Positions 15,756 through 24,239 are shown, numbered from the stretch's first letter. The stretch: DNA of 64,000 nt from an uncultured Candidatus Saccharibacteria bacterium (GCA_964440975.1 CAYYKI010000002.1:163-64162), one strand, 5' to 3'. Translations and numbers: made by a program. The notes: a model not told the origin generated them from the sequence alone.

Positions 15756-16103
15756 CTAGTTTTGAACGTAACTGACATCGCTGGCGTTTGGCAGATTTGC
15801 CGCTACACTACTGCCGCTCACACGATCTACTGATTGTAACTGAGCAGCTTCGACTTGCAGAGCCTGATTTTCGCTTACAAGTTCAGCTTTACGATTTTTT
15901 AGGTCGTTCAATCTATACCCAAAAGCGTTTGTTTTTGTCACTTGGGTAAGATAGATAAGCCCTAATACACACAGCATAACTGCTAATAAAATAGTGTGCG
16001 AAACTGGCCCCAGCGTATTGCTGTGTCCATTAAATCGGACAGCGTTTTGATTACGCCGTAAAGATTCACGCTGAGAATTCAGCGCTGCTGATGAATATGT
16101 CAT
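15756..16103 (-). CDS. ftsL: FtsL-like septum formation protein
   Basis: 115 aa. One TM (ILLAVMLCVLGLIYLTQV) is followed by a short coiled coil (LNDLKNRKAELVSENQALQVEAAQLQ). It occupies the canonical position between rsmH and ftsI. Confidence 0.65.
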   Translation of the reverse strand: MTYSSAALNSQRESLRRNQNAVRFNGHSNTLGPVSHTILLAVMLCVLGLIYLTQVTKTNAFGYRLNDLKNRKAELVSENQALQVEAAQLQSVDRVSGSSVAANLPNASDVSYVQN

Positions 16104-16139
16104 AGTGGTGGATTTTTGTTGTTATGTTGGTGTTTTTGC

Positions 16140-16169
16140 AGCTGGTCCGATCTTGCAACCGGACCAGCT
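16140..16169. repeat. Perfect 10-bp stem hairpin in the rsmH-ftsL spacer
   Basis: AGCTGGTCCG (16140-16149) and CGGACCAGCT (16160-16169) are exact reverse complements with a 10-nt loop. No downstream U-tract follows on the coding (minus) strand. Confidence 0.8.
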
Positions 16170-16251
16170 CTGTGGTGGACAATCGAAGGTTAGCTTACTT
16201 TAACGCGTACCTTGTAAGTCCGGGAGCTTGATTTGACCTGAATTGGCATCT

Positions 16252-17160
16252 CTAACCCCTTTCTGTTTTTAATTTCACTGCGGCACGGAGACGAGCGCTC
16301 CGGGCACGCGGGTTGAAAACATCTTCAGTGCCTAGCGTAGGCCGTTTGGTGATCAACTTTAGTTCGGCGTCATAGGTTAATCCAGCTTTTTCACGGAGAA
16401 ATTGCTTTACCTTTCTATCTTCCAAACTATGAAAGCTGATAATTGCCAAACGGCCACCGGGTAAAAGTAGTCCTGGTAAAAGTTGAAGTGTTTCTTCAAG
16501 CAAATCCAGTTCTTTATTTACCGCAATCCGCAGGGCTTGGAAGGTACGAGTCGCCGGATGGGTTTTACCCCGTGGACGACCATAGGCTTTGTTTGCCACA
16601 TCCGCCAATTGGCGCGTGGTATGGATAGGCCGCTGGCGAATGATTGCAGAGGCAATCCGTCGATATAGCGGTTCTTCTCCATACTCTTTCAACAAATTCG
16701 CTAGTTCACGCTCTGGAAGAGTATTTACTAGTTCATCTGCTGTTAGTGCCGTCCGCTGGTCCATTCGCATGTCCAACGGTCCGTCGCGCTCGAAGCTAAA
16801 GCCTCGGCTGGCAGTGACTAACTGTGGTGACGACACACCGAGATCCATCAAAATCATATCAAACGCCCTACCCTGCGAAGCTAATTCGCTGGCGGCCGCA
16901 TGAGAGTCCTTATGAAGTATCTCAGTTCCCGTCGCACCAAACTTTTTGGTCAGCGTCTCAATTGCCATCAGATCTCTATCTACAAGCACAGCCCTGTTTG
17001 GCGACTGTGTAATGTCGATAATTGCCGAGGCATGGCCGCCATACCCCGCAGTGAGATCTAAATAAGATTCGCCGCGTTGAGGGCATAAAGCGTCCAGAGT
17101 AGCCGATAAAAGTACCGGTACATGGGGGTTGTTGTGGTGGTGTGTATTTTGCAAGGTCAC
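16252..17160 (-). CDS. rsmH: 16S rRNA (cytosine1402-N4)-methyltransferase RsmH (MraW)
   Basis: 302 aa. Motifs are HVPVLL, DLTAGYGGHA, DLGVSSPQL and ISFHSLEDRKVKQF. Confidence 0.95.
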   Translation of the reverse strand: MTLQNTHHHNNPHVPVLLSATLDALCPQRGESYLDLTAGYGGHASAIIDITQSPNRAVLVDRDLMAIETLTKKFGATGTEILHKDSHAAASELASQGRAFDMILMDLGVSSPQLVTASRGFSFERDGPLDMRMDQRTALTADELVNTLPERELANLLKEYGEEPLYRRIASAIIRQRPIHTTRQLADVANKAYGRPRGKTHPATRTFQALRIAVNKELDLLEETLQLLPGLLLPGGRLAIISFHSLEDRKVKQFLREKAGLTYDAELKLITKRPTLGTEDVFNPRARSARLRAAVKLKTERG

Positions 17161-17486
17161 CTAACCGACAGCCAGTTTTTTGTTTTTGTGGTCGTATATT
17201 TTTGTTTTTTGGGTTCTTGGTTACCCTACCCGTCAATGAGGTTGTTGTGGTGTAAGTGCTCAGGTAATCCTGAGCACTTCCAAGTTTGGACCTTTAGAGA
17301 CGTTTTGATGATAGGCTAACTAAGAATTTGAGAGACTTATGTGTGAGGTGGAGTTTTGGGAGGTTTTTAACCTAGGAGGTGCGAGGGTTTTTATAGAGGT
17401 GCCCCAAGGTGCCTCTGACTGACTGCCGATTAGCTAACCTCGAGTATGGATTAACTAATCTTTGAACCTAATTATTAAAGTACACC

Positions 17487-17852
17487 CTACCGTTTGGCCA
17501 TAATTCGCCAGTAAGCGCCTGCGCGAACTGCAGCAACATCACGTTCGATGTTGGCGTAGTCTAGCAGATGCTGGTCGATACTTATACGACCCTGCTTGCC
17601 ATCGAGCTTGGCCTCAACCTTGCCTATCCGGAACTTCACGTTAAGGTCGGCTACTTGTTCATCAAGGATATCTCCCTGCAAACGAGGCTCAACCTGTTGA
17701 TCCCAGACGGTTTTGGTATAAAGGTGCAGGTATTCACCAAATCCTCGTGTAATCACGAGCTCATCGCCAGCGAGCTCACGTTGAAGCTCGGCCGGTATTG
17801 TTAACCGACGCTTATCGTCTAGCCTGCGCTCGAAGTAATCGACGGTTGTCAT
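17487..17852 (-). CDS. mraZ: Transcriptional regulator MraZ
   Basis: 121 aa with two SpoVT/AbrB-type repeats carrying the DxxxR-type motifs (LDDKRRLTIPAELQREL and LDGKQGRISIDQHLLDY). It is the first gene of the dcw cluster. Confidence 0.85.
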   Translation of the reverse strand: MTTVDYFERRLDDKRRLTIPAELQRELAGDELVITRGFGEYLHLYTKTVWDQQVEPRLQGDILDEQVADLNVKFRIGKVEAKLDGKQGRISIDQHLLDYANIERDVAAVRAGAYWRIMAKR

Positions 17853-17894
17853 TTGGTAATACGTATCTGTGGTTTTTATTTTCTTCGTGGTTGG

Positions 17895-17993
17895 TTACCC
17901 ACGATTACCCACTGACAGCAGTTTACTACCCACTTTTACCCACACGCAATAGTTTTATGCATAAAGTTATCCACAAGCGCTTAGTTATCCACA
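17895..17993 (-). promoter_or_regulatory. Array of six GTGG(G/A)TAA boxes upstream of mraZ (candidate MraZ operator)
   Basis: On the plus strand, TTACCCAC or CTACCCAC occurs at 17895, 17905, 17926 and 17936 (spacings 10, 21 and 10 bp). TTATCCACA occurs at 17967 and 17985. On the mraZ strand these read GTGGGTAA x3, GTGGGTAG x1 (the 17926 copy) and GTGGATAA x2. Confidence 0.55.
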
Positions 17994-18010
17994 GGATAGT
18001 GTGGCGCACG

Positions 18011-18037
18011 AAATTAAAGACCCCACCCATGGGGTCT
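18011..18037 (-). terminator. Rho-independent terminator candidate after the 18083-18421 gene
   Basis: On the minus strand, AGACCCCA-tggg-TGGGGTCT forms an 8-bp GC-rich stem followed by TTAATTT. Confidence 0.55.
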
Positions 18038-18082
18038 ATCCTATGGATGGGGCCGTTTTGTTACTCTATTTAAAATTTCGGA

Positions 18083-18421
18083 TTAGTAGTTTTGCCGGCG
18101 AAGTAAATCCTGGTAATCGTTGACTGCTTTCTCGTAGTACGGCGCAAACTGGCCGGTCGCACAAGCCAAGTCGTAGTCTTTCTGCGCGATTACTTCACGA
18201 CGATCATCGCAAAAATGTGATCGTGTATAACGATACACCTTTAGTTCAAATGATCCGGAGGTGTGATATAGCACTATTGCCACCAAAAAGAACAAATTAA
18301 GGATTAATGACGCAATCATAACGCTTGCTGTGACATCTTCCATGATTACTGCATGAACACGACGTACAAAATTTGTTGATTGTTTGCCTTTATTTATCTT
18401 CACCGTTTTTTTAGCGGCCAT
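18083..18421 (-). CDS. Hypothetical single-pass membrane protein
   Basis: 112 aa. It has a basic N-terminus, one TM (VMIASLILNLFFLVAIVLY) and a small Cys-containing C-terminal domain. I recognise no family. Confidence 0.5.
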   Translation of the reverse strand: MAAKKTVKINKGKQSTNFVRRVHAVIMEDVTASVMIASLILNLFFLVAIVLYHTSGSFELKVYRYTRSHFCDDRREVIAQKDYDLACATGQFAPYYEKAVNDYQDLLRRQNY

Positions 18422-18484
18422 ATGAACATACCTTTTTGCTTATTGAATATTACGGATTAAGCATAAGCGCTACTCGCCTACCTG

Positions 18485-19765
18485 TCAATTACGCTCCGCA
18501 TGTTCACGATGCTTGGCGATGGCATCGGCATACCATACGGCACTCGGTCTTACCGTACGCTCCAGCGTCTTAGTGTTGACTGCAATAAGCCCAAATTTAG
18601 GCCACCACCCGTCAGCCCATTCAAAGTTATCAAGGAGACTCCAATGAAAATAACCCCGTACATCTATGCCAACACTCAGGGCCCGCTGCATAGCTACGAT
18701 GGACTCCTCAATCCACCACCGCCGGAACTGATCACTGCTATCAGCCACGCCGTTTTCGGTGATAAGTATAGGTTTTTTATATCGGTTGTGTACCGAGTTA
18801 AGCAGCGCGAATAAAGCTTCTGGCTCCATGTACCACCCCATGTCGTTTATTGGTGATTTAGGATTCTGCGGCTTAAAGCCACGGTAGTAATCAGTGAAAT
18901 AGTAGTTAAAACCTATGAAATCCTGATACCTATTGATGCGGTTTAGAAACCACCAGTTCCAGAAGTAGCGCATCCAGCGGACCATTACTCTATCAAGTAC
19001 GTTGTGTTTATTTTTGGCCTGTATATTGCCAAGCTGAATCGCACACCCGATCTGAATTTTTTTGTTTACTTTCTTCAGTGATGTGTATGCTATTCTATGC
19101 GCTCGCGCTAAATTATAGAAAACTTTGATGAAAGAAATTATGTTCTTTTCTTGTGGCGGCCAGGTTCCATCCATATAGCCCTTACCGGCATAAACATTGG
19201 GCTCGTTAACAGTTAGCACGTAGCGCACTTCCTTACCAAGCTCGCGACTCAGCTTGTCAACAAACCGCTTAAAGTACGCAAGGTTACGGGCATGCTTAAA
19301 TCCGCCTTTTTTATCAAACCAAACCGGCACTGTCCAGTGCCAAATATTTAACACAGGCTCAATGCCTTGTCGCTTTAACTCCCCAATGTATTCCCGGTAA
19401 TGCTGCCATTCCGCTTCGTTCCAGCAGCCCTCTTCGGGCTCAACGCGTGCCCATTCAATTCCAAAACGTAGAGCGGTCACATTGAGCTTCTTAGCAAGGG
19501 CAAAATCCTTTTTATAGCGTCCGTAATGATCAACAGCCCTGCCCGATATGTAATTCTTTGGATTACTGGCTTGTGATTTGATTTGCGGCCAATTTGGTAA
19601 CCATCCATATCGGCTATGTGCGGTTTTGGCCAACTGCGCTGCATGTGTTTTTTCCCACTCCGACCACTGTGTAGTGTTACCCCCCTCAACTTGATATGAG
19701 GAAGTACTCACCCCCCACAAAAAATCTTTTGGAAATAACTCTCGCTCCAGCTGCTTTTTAACCAT
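18485..19765 (-). CDS. Glycoside hydrolase family 1 beta-glucosidase
   Basis: 426 aa. The GH1 catalytic motifs are TVNEPNVY (acid/base Glu) and ITENGVAD (nucleophile Glu), with YQVEGG near the N-terminus. Confidence 0.9.
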   Translation of the reverse strand: MVKKQLERELFPKDFLWGVSTSSYQVEGGNTTQWSEWEKTHAAQLAKTAHSRYGWLPNWPQIKSQASNPKNYISGRAVDHYGRYKKDFALAKKLNVTALRFGIEWARVEPEEGCWNEAEWQHYREYIGELKRQGIEPVLNIWHWTVPVWFDKKGGFKHARNLAYFKRFVDKLSRELGKEVRYVLTVNEPNVYAGKGYMDGTWPPQEKNIISFIKVFYNLARAHRIAYTSLKKVNKKIQIGCAIQLGNIQAKNKHNVLDRVMVRWMRYFWNWWFLNRINRYQDFIGFNYYFTDYYRGFKPQNPKSPINDMGWYMEPEALFALLNSVHNRYKKPILITENGVADSSDQFRRWWIEESIVAMQRALSVGIDVRGYFHWSLLDNFEWADGWWPKFGLIAVNTKTLERTVRPSAVWYADAIAKHREHAERN

Positions 19766-19807
19766 TACTGTTTATCATACCATCTAGCGCATATGCAACG
19801 GTACTCT

Positions 19808-20071
19808 TCAGCGATTCTTCTGCCAGACCGATCGTATTCTAGACATAACTAAGGTGGACAGCACATAGCCTACCACCGGCACTACGGCATTTAGCAACGG
19901 CCGACTGTTTTTTGTGAAGCAAAGGAAAAAGGCAATCACGCCGTATGTTAGTAGCGCTATGCTTGCACGCCTTACTAAACTTGTCTCCCAAGCCTTGTCT
20001 AATTCAACTTTTTTATTTCGTTCCTCAATGGCGGCTATACGATCTTGGAGCGAAACCATTACTTGACCCAC
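19808..20071 (-). CDS. Small two-TM membrane protein of unknown function
   Basis: 87 aa. An N-terminal amphipathic helix (LQDRIAAIEERNKKVELDKAWETS) is followed by two hydrophobic segments. Confidence 0.5.
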   Translation of the reverse strand: MGQVMVSLQDRIAAIEERNKKVELDKAWETSLVRRASIALLTYGVIAFFLCFTKNSRPLLNAVVPVVGYVLSTLVMSRIRSVWQKNR

Positions 20072-20086
20072 TATTTCATTTCTTGC

Positions 20087-20503
20087 TTATTTAACAAGCC
20101 CGATGATTACACCCATCACCATAAGTGTAACGAATTCATGCGCAACGTTCATGGCCGTTAATTTAGTAGATCGGCGCTCAAATGCATCGTGTGTAATCAT
20201 GCGAGCCGCAGTAAAGCCAAGCCAAACCCAGAATGCTGTTGTCAAGCTATCCTGTAATTGTGAGTTCTGGTAAAAACTATGAGCCAAGTATGCCATGTGG
20301 GCTAATACATATGCGGTGAAGAAGCTGACTATTATCGTTACCCCAATAGCCTTACCAGCATCGCTTTGCATTTGCTTATCAGTAAGTTTAACCATTTTCT
20401 GCCAGGAGGAACCAAAGACTCCCTTGGCGTACCATATAGAACCCACTACCATGCTGCTCACAGTTGCAAGTACTACTGCCCAAATATTAATGTCGACACT
20501 CAT
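20087..20503 (-). CDS. DUF1761-like polytopic membrane protein
   Basis: 138 aa with about 4 TM segments. The N-terminal pattern WAVVLATVSSMVVGSIWYAKGVFGSSWQKM resembles the DUF1761 signature as I remember it. Confidence 0.55.
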   Translation of the reverse strand: MSVDINIWAVVLATVSSMVVGSIWYAKGVFGSSWQKMVKLTDKQMQSDAGKAIGVTIIVSFFTAYVLAHMAYLAHSFYQNSQLQDSLTTAFWVWLGFTAARMITHDAFERRSTKLTAMNVAHEFVTLMVMGVIIGLVK

Positions 20504-20560
20504 ATGATGCTCCTTATTATGCTTGCATTATGCACCTTTCGCGTCGATTGCGTCTAGACT

Positions 20561-21679
20561 TTATTGATCATCATCATTTACCTGTAAAGGCTTTTTACTT
20601 TTTATTTCGTAGCGATTTCCTGTCAGCGGTGACTCCATGTAGTCATCATTTAAAAGGTTAACGAATTTAGACAAATCCTTATCGTCCATGATGAGTATTG
20701 AGCCGTCAACATCTGTGATCAGATCGATGCCCAACTCTTCGGCGTGCTTCATCATCTCGTCTTGCTTGATACCCACCGGATTAACTGCTTGTAGTTTAGC
20801 GACCAACGCCTTCTTGCCTGCTACCAGCGACTCTAGCGTCACATCTCCATCAACTGTAAACTTAAAATTCTTTTTAATTTCCTGCATTTTTTGAATCGCT
20901 ATGCCGTACTTTTTAGCATTGTATCCAAAAATCGAGTCTAATTTTCCTGGTGCAAATGCATATACATCCTGATCGAGTATGAGCAAGTGATTTTCTGGCG
21001 GAATACGCAACGCTCCATCTGCATCAAACTTTACAAACCGGTTGTCACGCATCATCCAGGTTACCGTTCCCTTCATAAGTGTCGATGAAGCAAGGTGCTT
21101 CACTACATAAAATGCCTTTGGCATACTTGGATGCTTACAACGTGCCACAACAGCCTTAATGCGCTTAAGATCGTGTTGTTCTTCGACAAAATCCTCTATT
21201 TCATGCTCCTGAGTCTTGAGTAGATTAAGCATCTGGTAGGCATGCTCCACCTTTTTGAGCTGAGTACCTAATAGCACGTTTTCTTCGGTTTCAGAATCTT
21301 CAAAATTACGGACCACCAGCCCCTCGCCTGCCCCTGTTATCACTCTATCTAATAGACCGTTGATAAAAAGTGGTACCAGCTGGTTTTGTAATTCTTTTCC
21401 TACCGACGTCCTATACAAAAAATAGTTTCTGCTCATAAAGAACAGCTCCACCGACACCTCGTCTCTACTGGCCGCCACATTATTTGCCCATAAAAATACA
21501 TCGCTTTCCTCATATTGTGGGGTCACTTGTGCAACTGGCGGATGTGACTGCTCTATTGCGTTCGATGGCTTCTCCACTTCCTGATCAGCTGCTGAAGACG
21601 CCACGGCATCCGTCGCTTGAGCTGGAATATTTTGGGCACTATTATCATCTATTTTTTTGGTCTGATCATTTATATCCAC
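20561..21679 (-). CDS. Hypothetical protein, possibly DUF4868/KwaB-like
   Basis: 372 aa with a GTG start and GGAG 8 nt upstream. A disordered N-terminus of about 70 aa is followed by a globular body. The C-terminus (FVNLLNDDYMESPLTGNRYEIKSKKP) and central segment (LLILDQDVYAFAPGKLDSIFGYN) resemble my recollection of DUF4868 proteins. This is not verified. Confidence 0.6.
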   Translation of the reverse strand: MDINDQTKKIDDNSAQNIPAQATDAVASSAADQEVEKPSNAIEQSHPPVAQVTPQYEESDVFLWANNVAASRDEVSVELFFMSRNYFLYRTSVGKELQNQLVPLFINGLLDRVITGAGEGLVVRNFEDSETEENVLLGTQLKKVEHAYQMLNLLKTQEHEIEDFVEEQHDLKRIKAVVARCKHPSMPKAFYVVKHLASSTLMKGTVTWMMRDNRFVKFDADGALRIPPENHLLILDQDVYAFAPGKLDSIFGYNAKKYGIAIQKMQEIKKNFKFTVDGDVTLESLVAGKKALVAKLQAVNPVGIKQDEMMKHAEELGIDLITDVDGSILIMDDKDLSKFVNLLNDDYMESPLTGNRYEIKSKKPLQVNDDDQ

Positions 21680-21704
21680 TACGACTCCAAACTATATACG
21701 CGAC

Positions 21705-21716
21705 ACGTGATCACGT
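21705..21716. promoter_or_regulatory. 12-bp perfect palindrome ACGTGATCACGT upstream of the 20561-21679 gene
   Basis: Read directly. It lies 26-37 nt upstream of the GTG start, next to a TATATA -10-like element on the minus strand. Confidence 0.4.
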
Positions 21717-21785
21717 TTTTGTATTAATGCACAATACGTTCTAGTCTACCCTAAAGCCTGCCATCATAAAGACGTAGTTTATACA

Positions 21786-22220
21786 TCAAATACCACGGCT
21801 ATCGTATGCCCAATGCAATAGCGCCTGACGCTGCTTTGTATGGCAAGTTGCGTCTCCTGGATGACAGGCCTTTTTAATTTGCGCGACATGTCGCCTCATC
21901 GCCTTCCATCGTTTGATCTGGCGCTCATCCTCTTCTGGCAGTCGCCTGCCCTGATAGAAGCGGCAGTACCACTGAAACCAGCCAAGCGGGTCTTCGGGAG
22001 ACATCCAGCCTTTTTGAACCCATACCTCGTGCGGCTGGCTAGCCATGACTCCGAAGTAATTTAGTTTTGGATCGGGTCCATGATCACTCAAGCGAGCTTT
22101 ATTAAACCATTCTTTTGGTAAGTCGTCCGGTATTCCATCAAAATAAGCACCCCCAAAAACACCGAGTTCCAACATTTGCTGCGGCGTGAGATCAGGTATG
22201 AACTCTTCGTATATAGTCAT
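21786..22220 (-). CDS. Conserved hypothetical cytoplasmic protein
   Basis: 144 aa with no TM. It has a distinctive Trp-rich core (GWMSPEDPLGWFQWYCRFYQGRRLPEEDERQIKRW). There is a 4-nt overlap with the upstream hydrolase gene. Confidence 0.6.
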   Translation of the reverse strand: MTIYEEFIPDLTPQQMLELGVFGGAYFDGIPDDLPKEWFNKARLSDHGPDPKLNYFGVMASQPHEVWVQKGWMSPEDPLGWFQWYCRFYQGRRLPEEDERQIKRWKAMRRHVAQIKKACHPGDATCHTKQRQALLHWAYDSRGI

Positions 22221-22855
22221 GGTGCTAGCTCACTCTGCAAAGTCTCCAGTAGGCCTTTACGATATTTGCCACTAAAGTTATGGTCCCCGTCAATGATTAA
22301 AACCGGTATCCCCGTACCATCAAAGTTGGTTTCACCTAATATTTCATCATCGTGCGCTTTTAGGATGACTGACTCAAATTTCTCGCCGATTTTTTGATAT
22401 ACACTTAACGGATTCACCGTATCAATAAAATCAAAATACTCTTTGGGCACTAACGTGTAGCTCCCATCGCTACGAGCGAGCCTGCTGACGCCGTTCCGAT
22501 TCACGACACTTCCCTCTCGGAAGCCGAACAGGCGCAACATCTTGGCGACATCCATCTTGCTCGGCGGCGCTAATAGTATCACCTTGCTTACGTTATTTAA
22601 GCTGGCCAGTCCAGCAACCATGCAGCCTTGTGAATGACAAAGCAATATTACATCTTCTTTAATTTCTGCTCTTTTTCGCTGTAATATCTTTGCCTGCTCA
22701 TCTAAGGGTCTTACTACCATGTCACCAGATTTATCTATTTGGTTATAGTCAAACATCACAAACGTATGTTCCGGAAAAGCGGCAGCTATTTGCGTAAACA
22801 TACCACGACTGTCGGCACCAACGCCGAAGCCATGAGAGCAAAGTACAGTACTCAT
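22217..22855 (-). CDS. Alpha/beta-fold hydrolase
   Basis: 212 aa with a nucleophile-elbow-like CHSQGC motif. It overlaps glyQS and the downstream gene by 4 nt each. Confidence 0.6.
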   Translation of the reverse strand: MSTVLCSHGFGVGADSRGMFTQIAAAFPEHTFVMFDYNQIDKSGDMVVRPLDEQAKILQRKRAEIKEDVILLCHSQGCMVAGLASLNNVSKVILLAPPSKMDVAKMLRLFGFREGSVVNRNGVSRLARSDGSYTLVPKEYFDFIDTVNPLSVYQKIGEKFESVILKAHDDEILGETNFDGTGIPVLIIDGDHNFSGKYRKGLLETLQSELAP

Positions 22856-24204
22856 ACGCCTTGAATATTGACGCGAGTTTGCTTGGTGGTGTCGCGGTCG
22901 CGTACGGTCACGGTATTATCTTCGAGGGTTTGAAAGTCTATAGTTACGCACTTAGGAGTACCGATCTCATCCTGCCGACGGTAGCGCTTACCAATGTTGC
23001 CGTTATCATCCCACATAATTGATCCATACTGTTTCTTTAGTGTTTCGTATACCTCACGTGCCTTTTCTACGAGCTCTGGTTTATTTTTGAGTAATGGTGA
23101 TACCGCGAACTTAACCGGCGCTAACTCATGTGGCAATTGTAGGTAGATTCTTTTTTCACCATTTTGCTCATCTTGTCGATAGCTACTATCAATAACAGCC
23201 AAAAACAGCCTGTCTAGTCCAAACGTCGGCTCAATTACATGCGGGATAAATGCTTCACCACCGTCTTTGGGAACATACTTGAGGTTTTTACCGGAGGCCT
23301 TTGCATGAGAAGATAGGTCGTGGTCGGTACGATATGCACAACCTCCGAGCTCTTTTTGCCCAATTGTAAAATCAAACTCAGTATCAATAGAGTGCTTGCT
23401 ATAGTGTGCGCGATCTTCGGCTGGAACTTCTATTGTATGCAGCTTGTCGGCCGGCAGACCAAGGCTCATATAAAAATCCTGTTGCAGCTGTAGCCAAGTA
23501 TCGAACTGTTCACGCCATGAGTCTGGATGCACGAATAGCTCTATCTCCATTTGTTCAAGTTCGCGTACCCTAAATATAAAGTCGCGGGGGCTTATTTCAT
23601 TACGGAACGCTTTACCAACCTGCGCAAGTGCAAACGGCAAATCAGGACTAAAGCTATCGACAACGTTCTTAAAATTCACAAACATACCCTGCGCAGTTTC
23701 AGGCCGTAAGTAACTGATACTATTCTCATCTTCAGTGGCACCGACATTTGTTTTAAACATCATGTTAAACTGTCGTATTTCACTGAGCGAATTGCCATCG
23801 GGGCTTTTTATTTGCTTATCCTTGATGAGGTTATTCATGTCATCTACCGACATGGCCGCTACACCCTCTATGCCCATATCTTCAAGCAAATTGTCTGCTC
23901 GATAGCGCTTTTTTGTAACGACATCCTCTACGAGAGGGTCGTTAAATCCATCGACATGACCACTTGCCTGCCAAACTCGTTGATTCATAAGAATTGCGGC
24001 ATCAATTCCGTATACATCTTCGCGAGACTCAACAAAAAACTTCCACCAGGCATCAACAATATTGCGTTTTAACTGCACACCAAGTGGACCATAGTCCCAT
24101 GTACCCGCAAGTCCACCATATATATCTGAACCCTGGTATATGAATCCGCGCCGCTTAGCCAAACTGACAATGTCTTCAAGTTGTATATCGCTCATAGTTA
24201 GCAA
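22852..24204 (-). CDS. glyQS: Glycine--tRNA ligase (dimeric alpha2 type)
   Basis: 450 aa. It has the class II motif 2 region GKAFRNEISPRDFIFRVRELEQMEIE, the motif 3 region TFGLDRL and an anticodon-binding C-terminus. Confidence 0.95.
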   Translation of the reverse strand: MLTMSDIQLEDIVSLAKRRGFIYQGSDIYGGLAGTWDYGPLGVQLKRNIVDAWWKFFVESREDVYGIDAAILMNQRVWQASGHVDGFNDPLVEDVVTKKRYRADNLLEDMGIEGVAAMSVDDMNNLIKDKQIKSPDGNSLSEIRQFNMMFKTNVGATEDENSISYLRPETAQGMFVNFKNVVDSFSPDLPFALAQVGKAFRNEISPRDFIFRVRELEQMEIELFVHPDSWREQFDTWLQLQQDFYMSLGLPADKLHTIEVPAEDRAHYSKHSIDTEFDFTIGQKELGGCAYRTDHDLSSHAKASGKNLKYVPKDGGEAFIPHVIEPTFGLDRLFLAVIDSSYRQDEQNGEKRIYLQLPHELAPVKFAVSPLLKNKPELVEKAREVYETLKKQYGSIMWDDNGNIGKRYRRQDEIGTPKCVTIDFQTLEDNTVTVRDRDTTKQTRVNIQGV

Positions 24205-24239
24205 TTATACCAGAACCCCTGTGGTTTCCTGCTTAAGCG

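Noticed and set aside
17967-17993. Two perfect DnaA boxes, considered as evidence for a replication origin next to mraZ.
   Set aside because: No dnaA or dnaN gene, and no AT-rich unwinding element with 13-mer-like repeats, is adjacent. Genes on both sides run in the same direction. The boxes continue a helically phased GTGGGTAA series directly upstream of mraZ, so an MraZ operator is the more economical reading.
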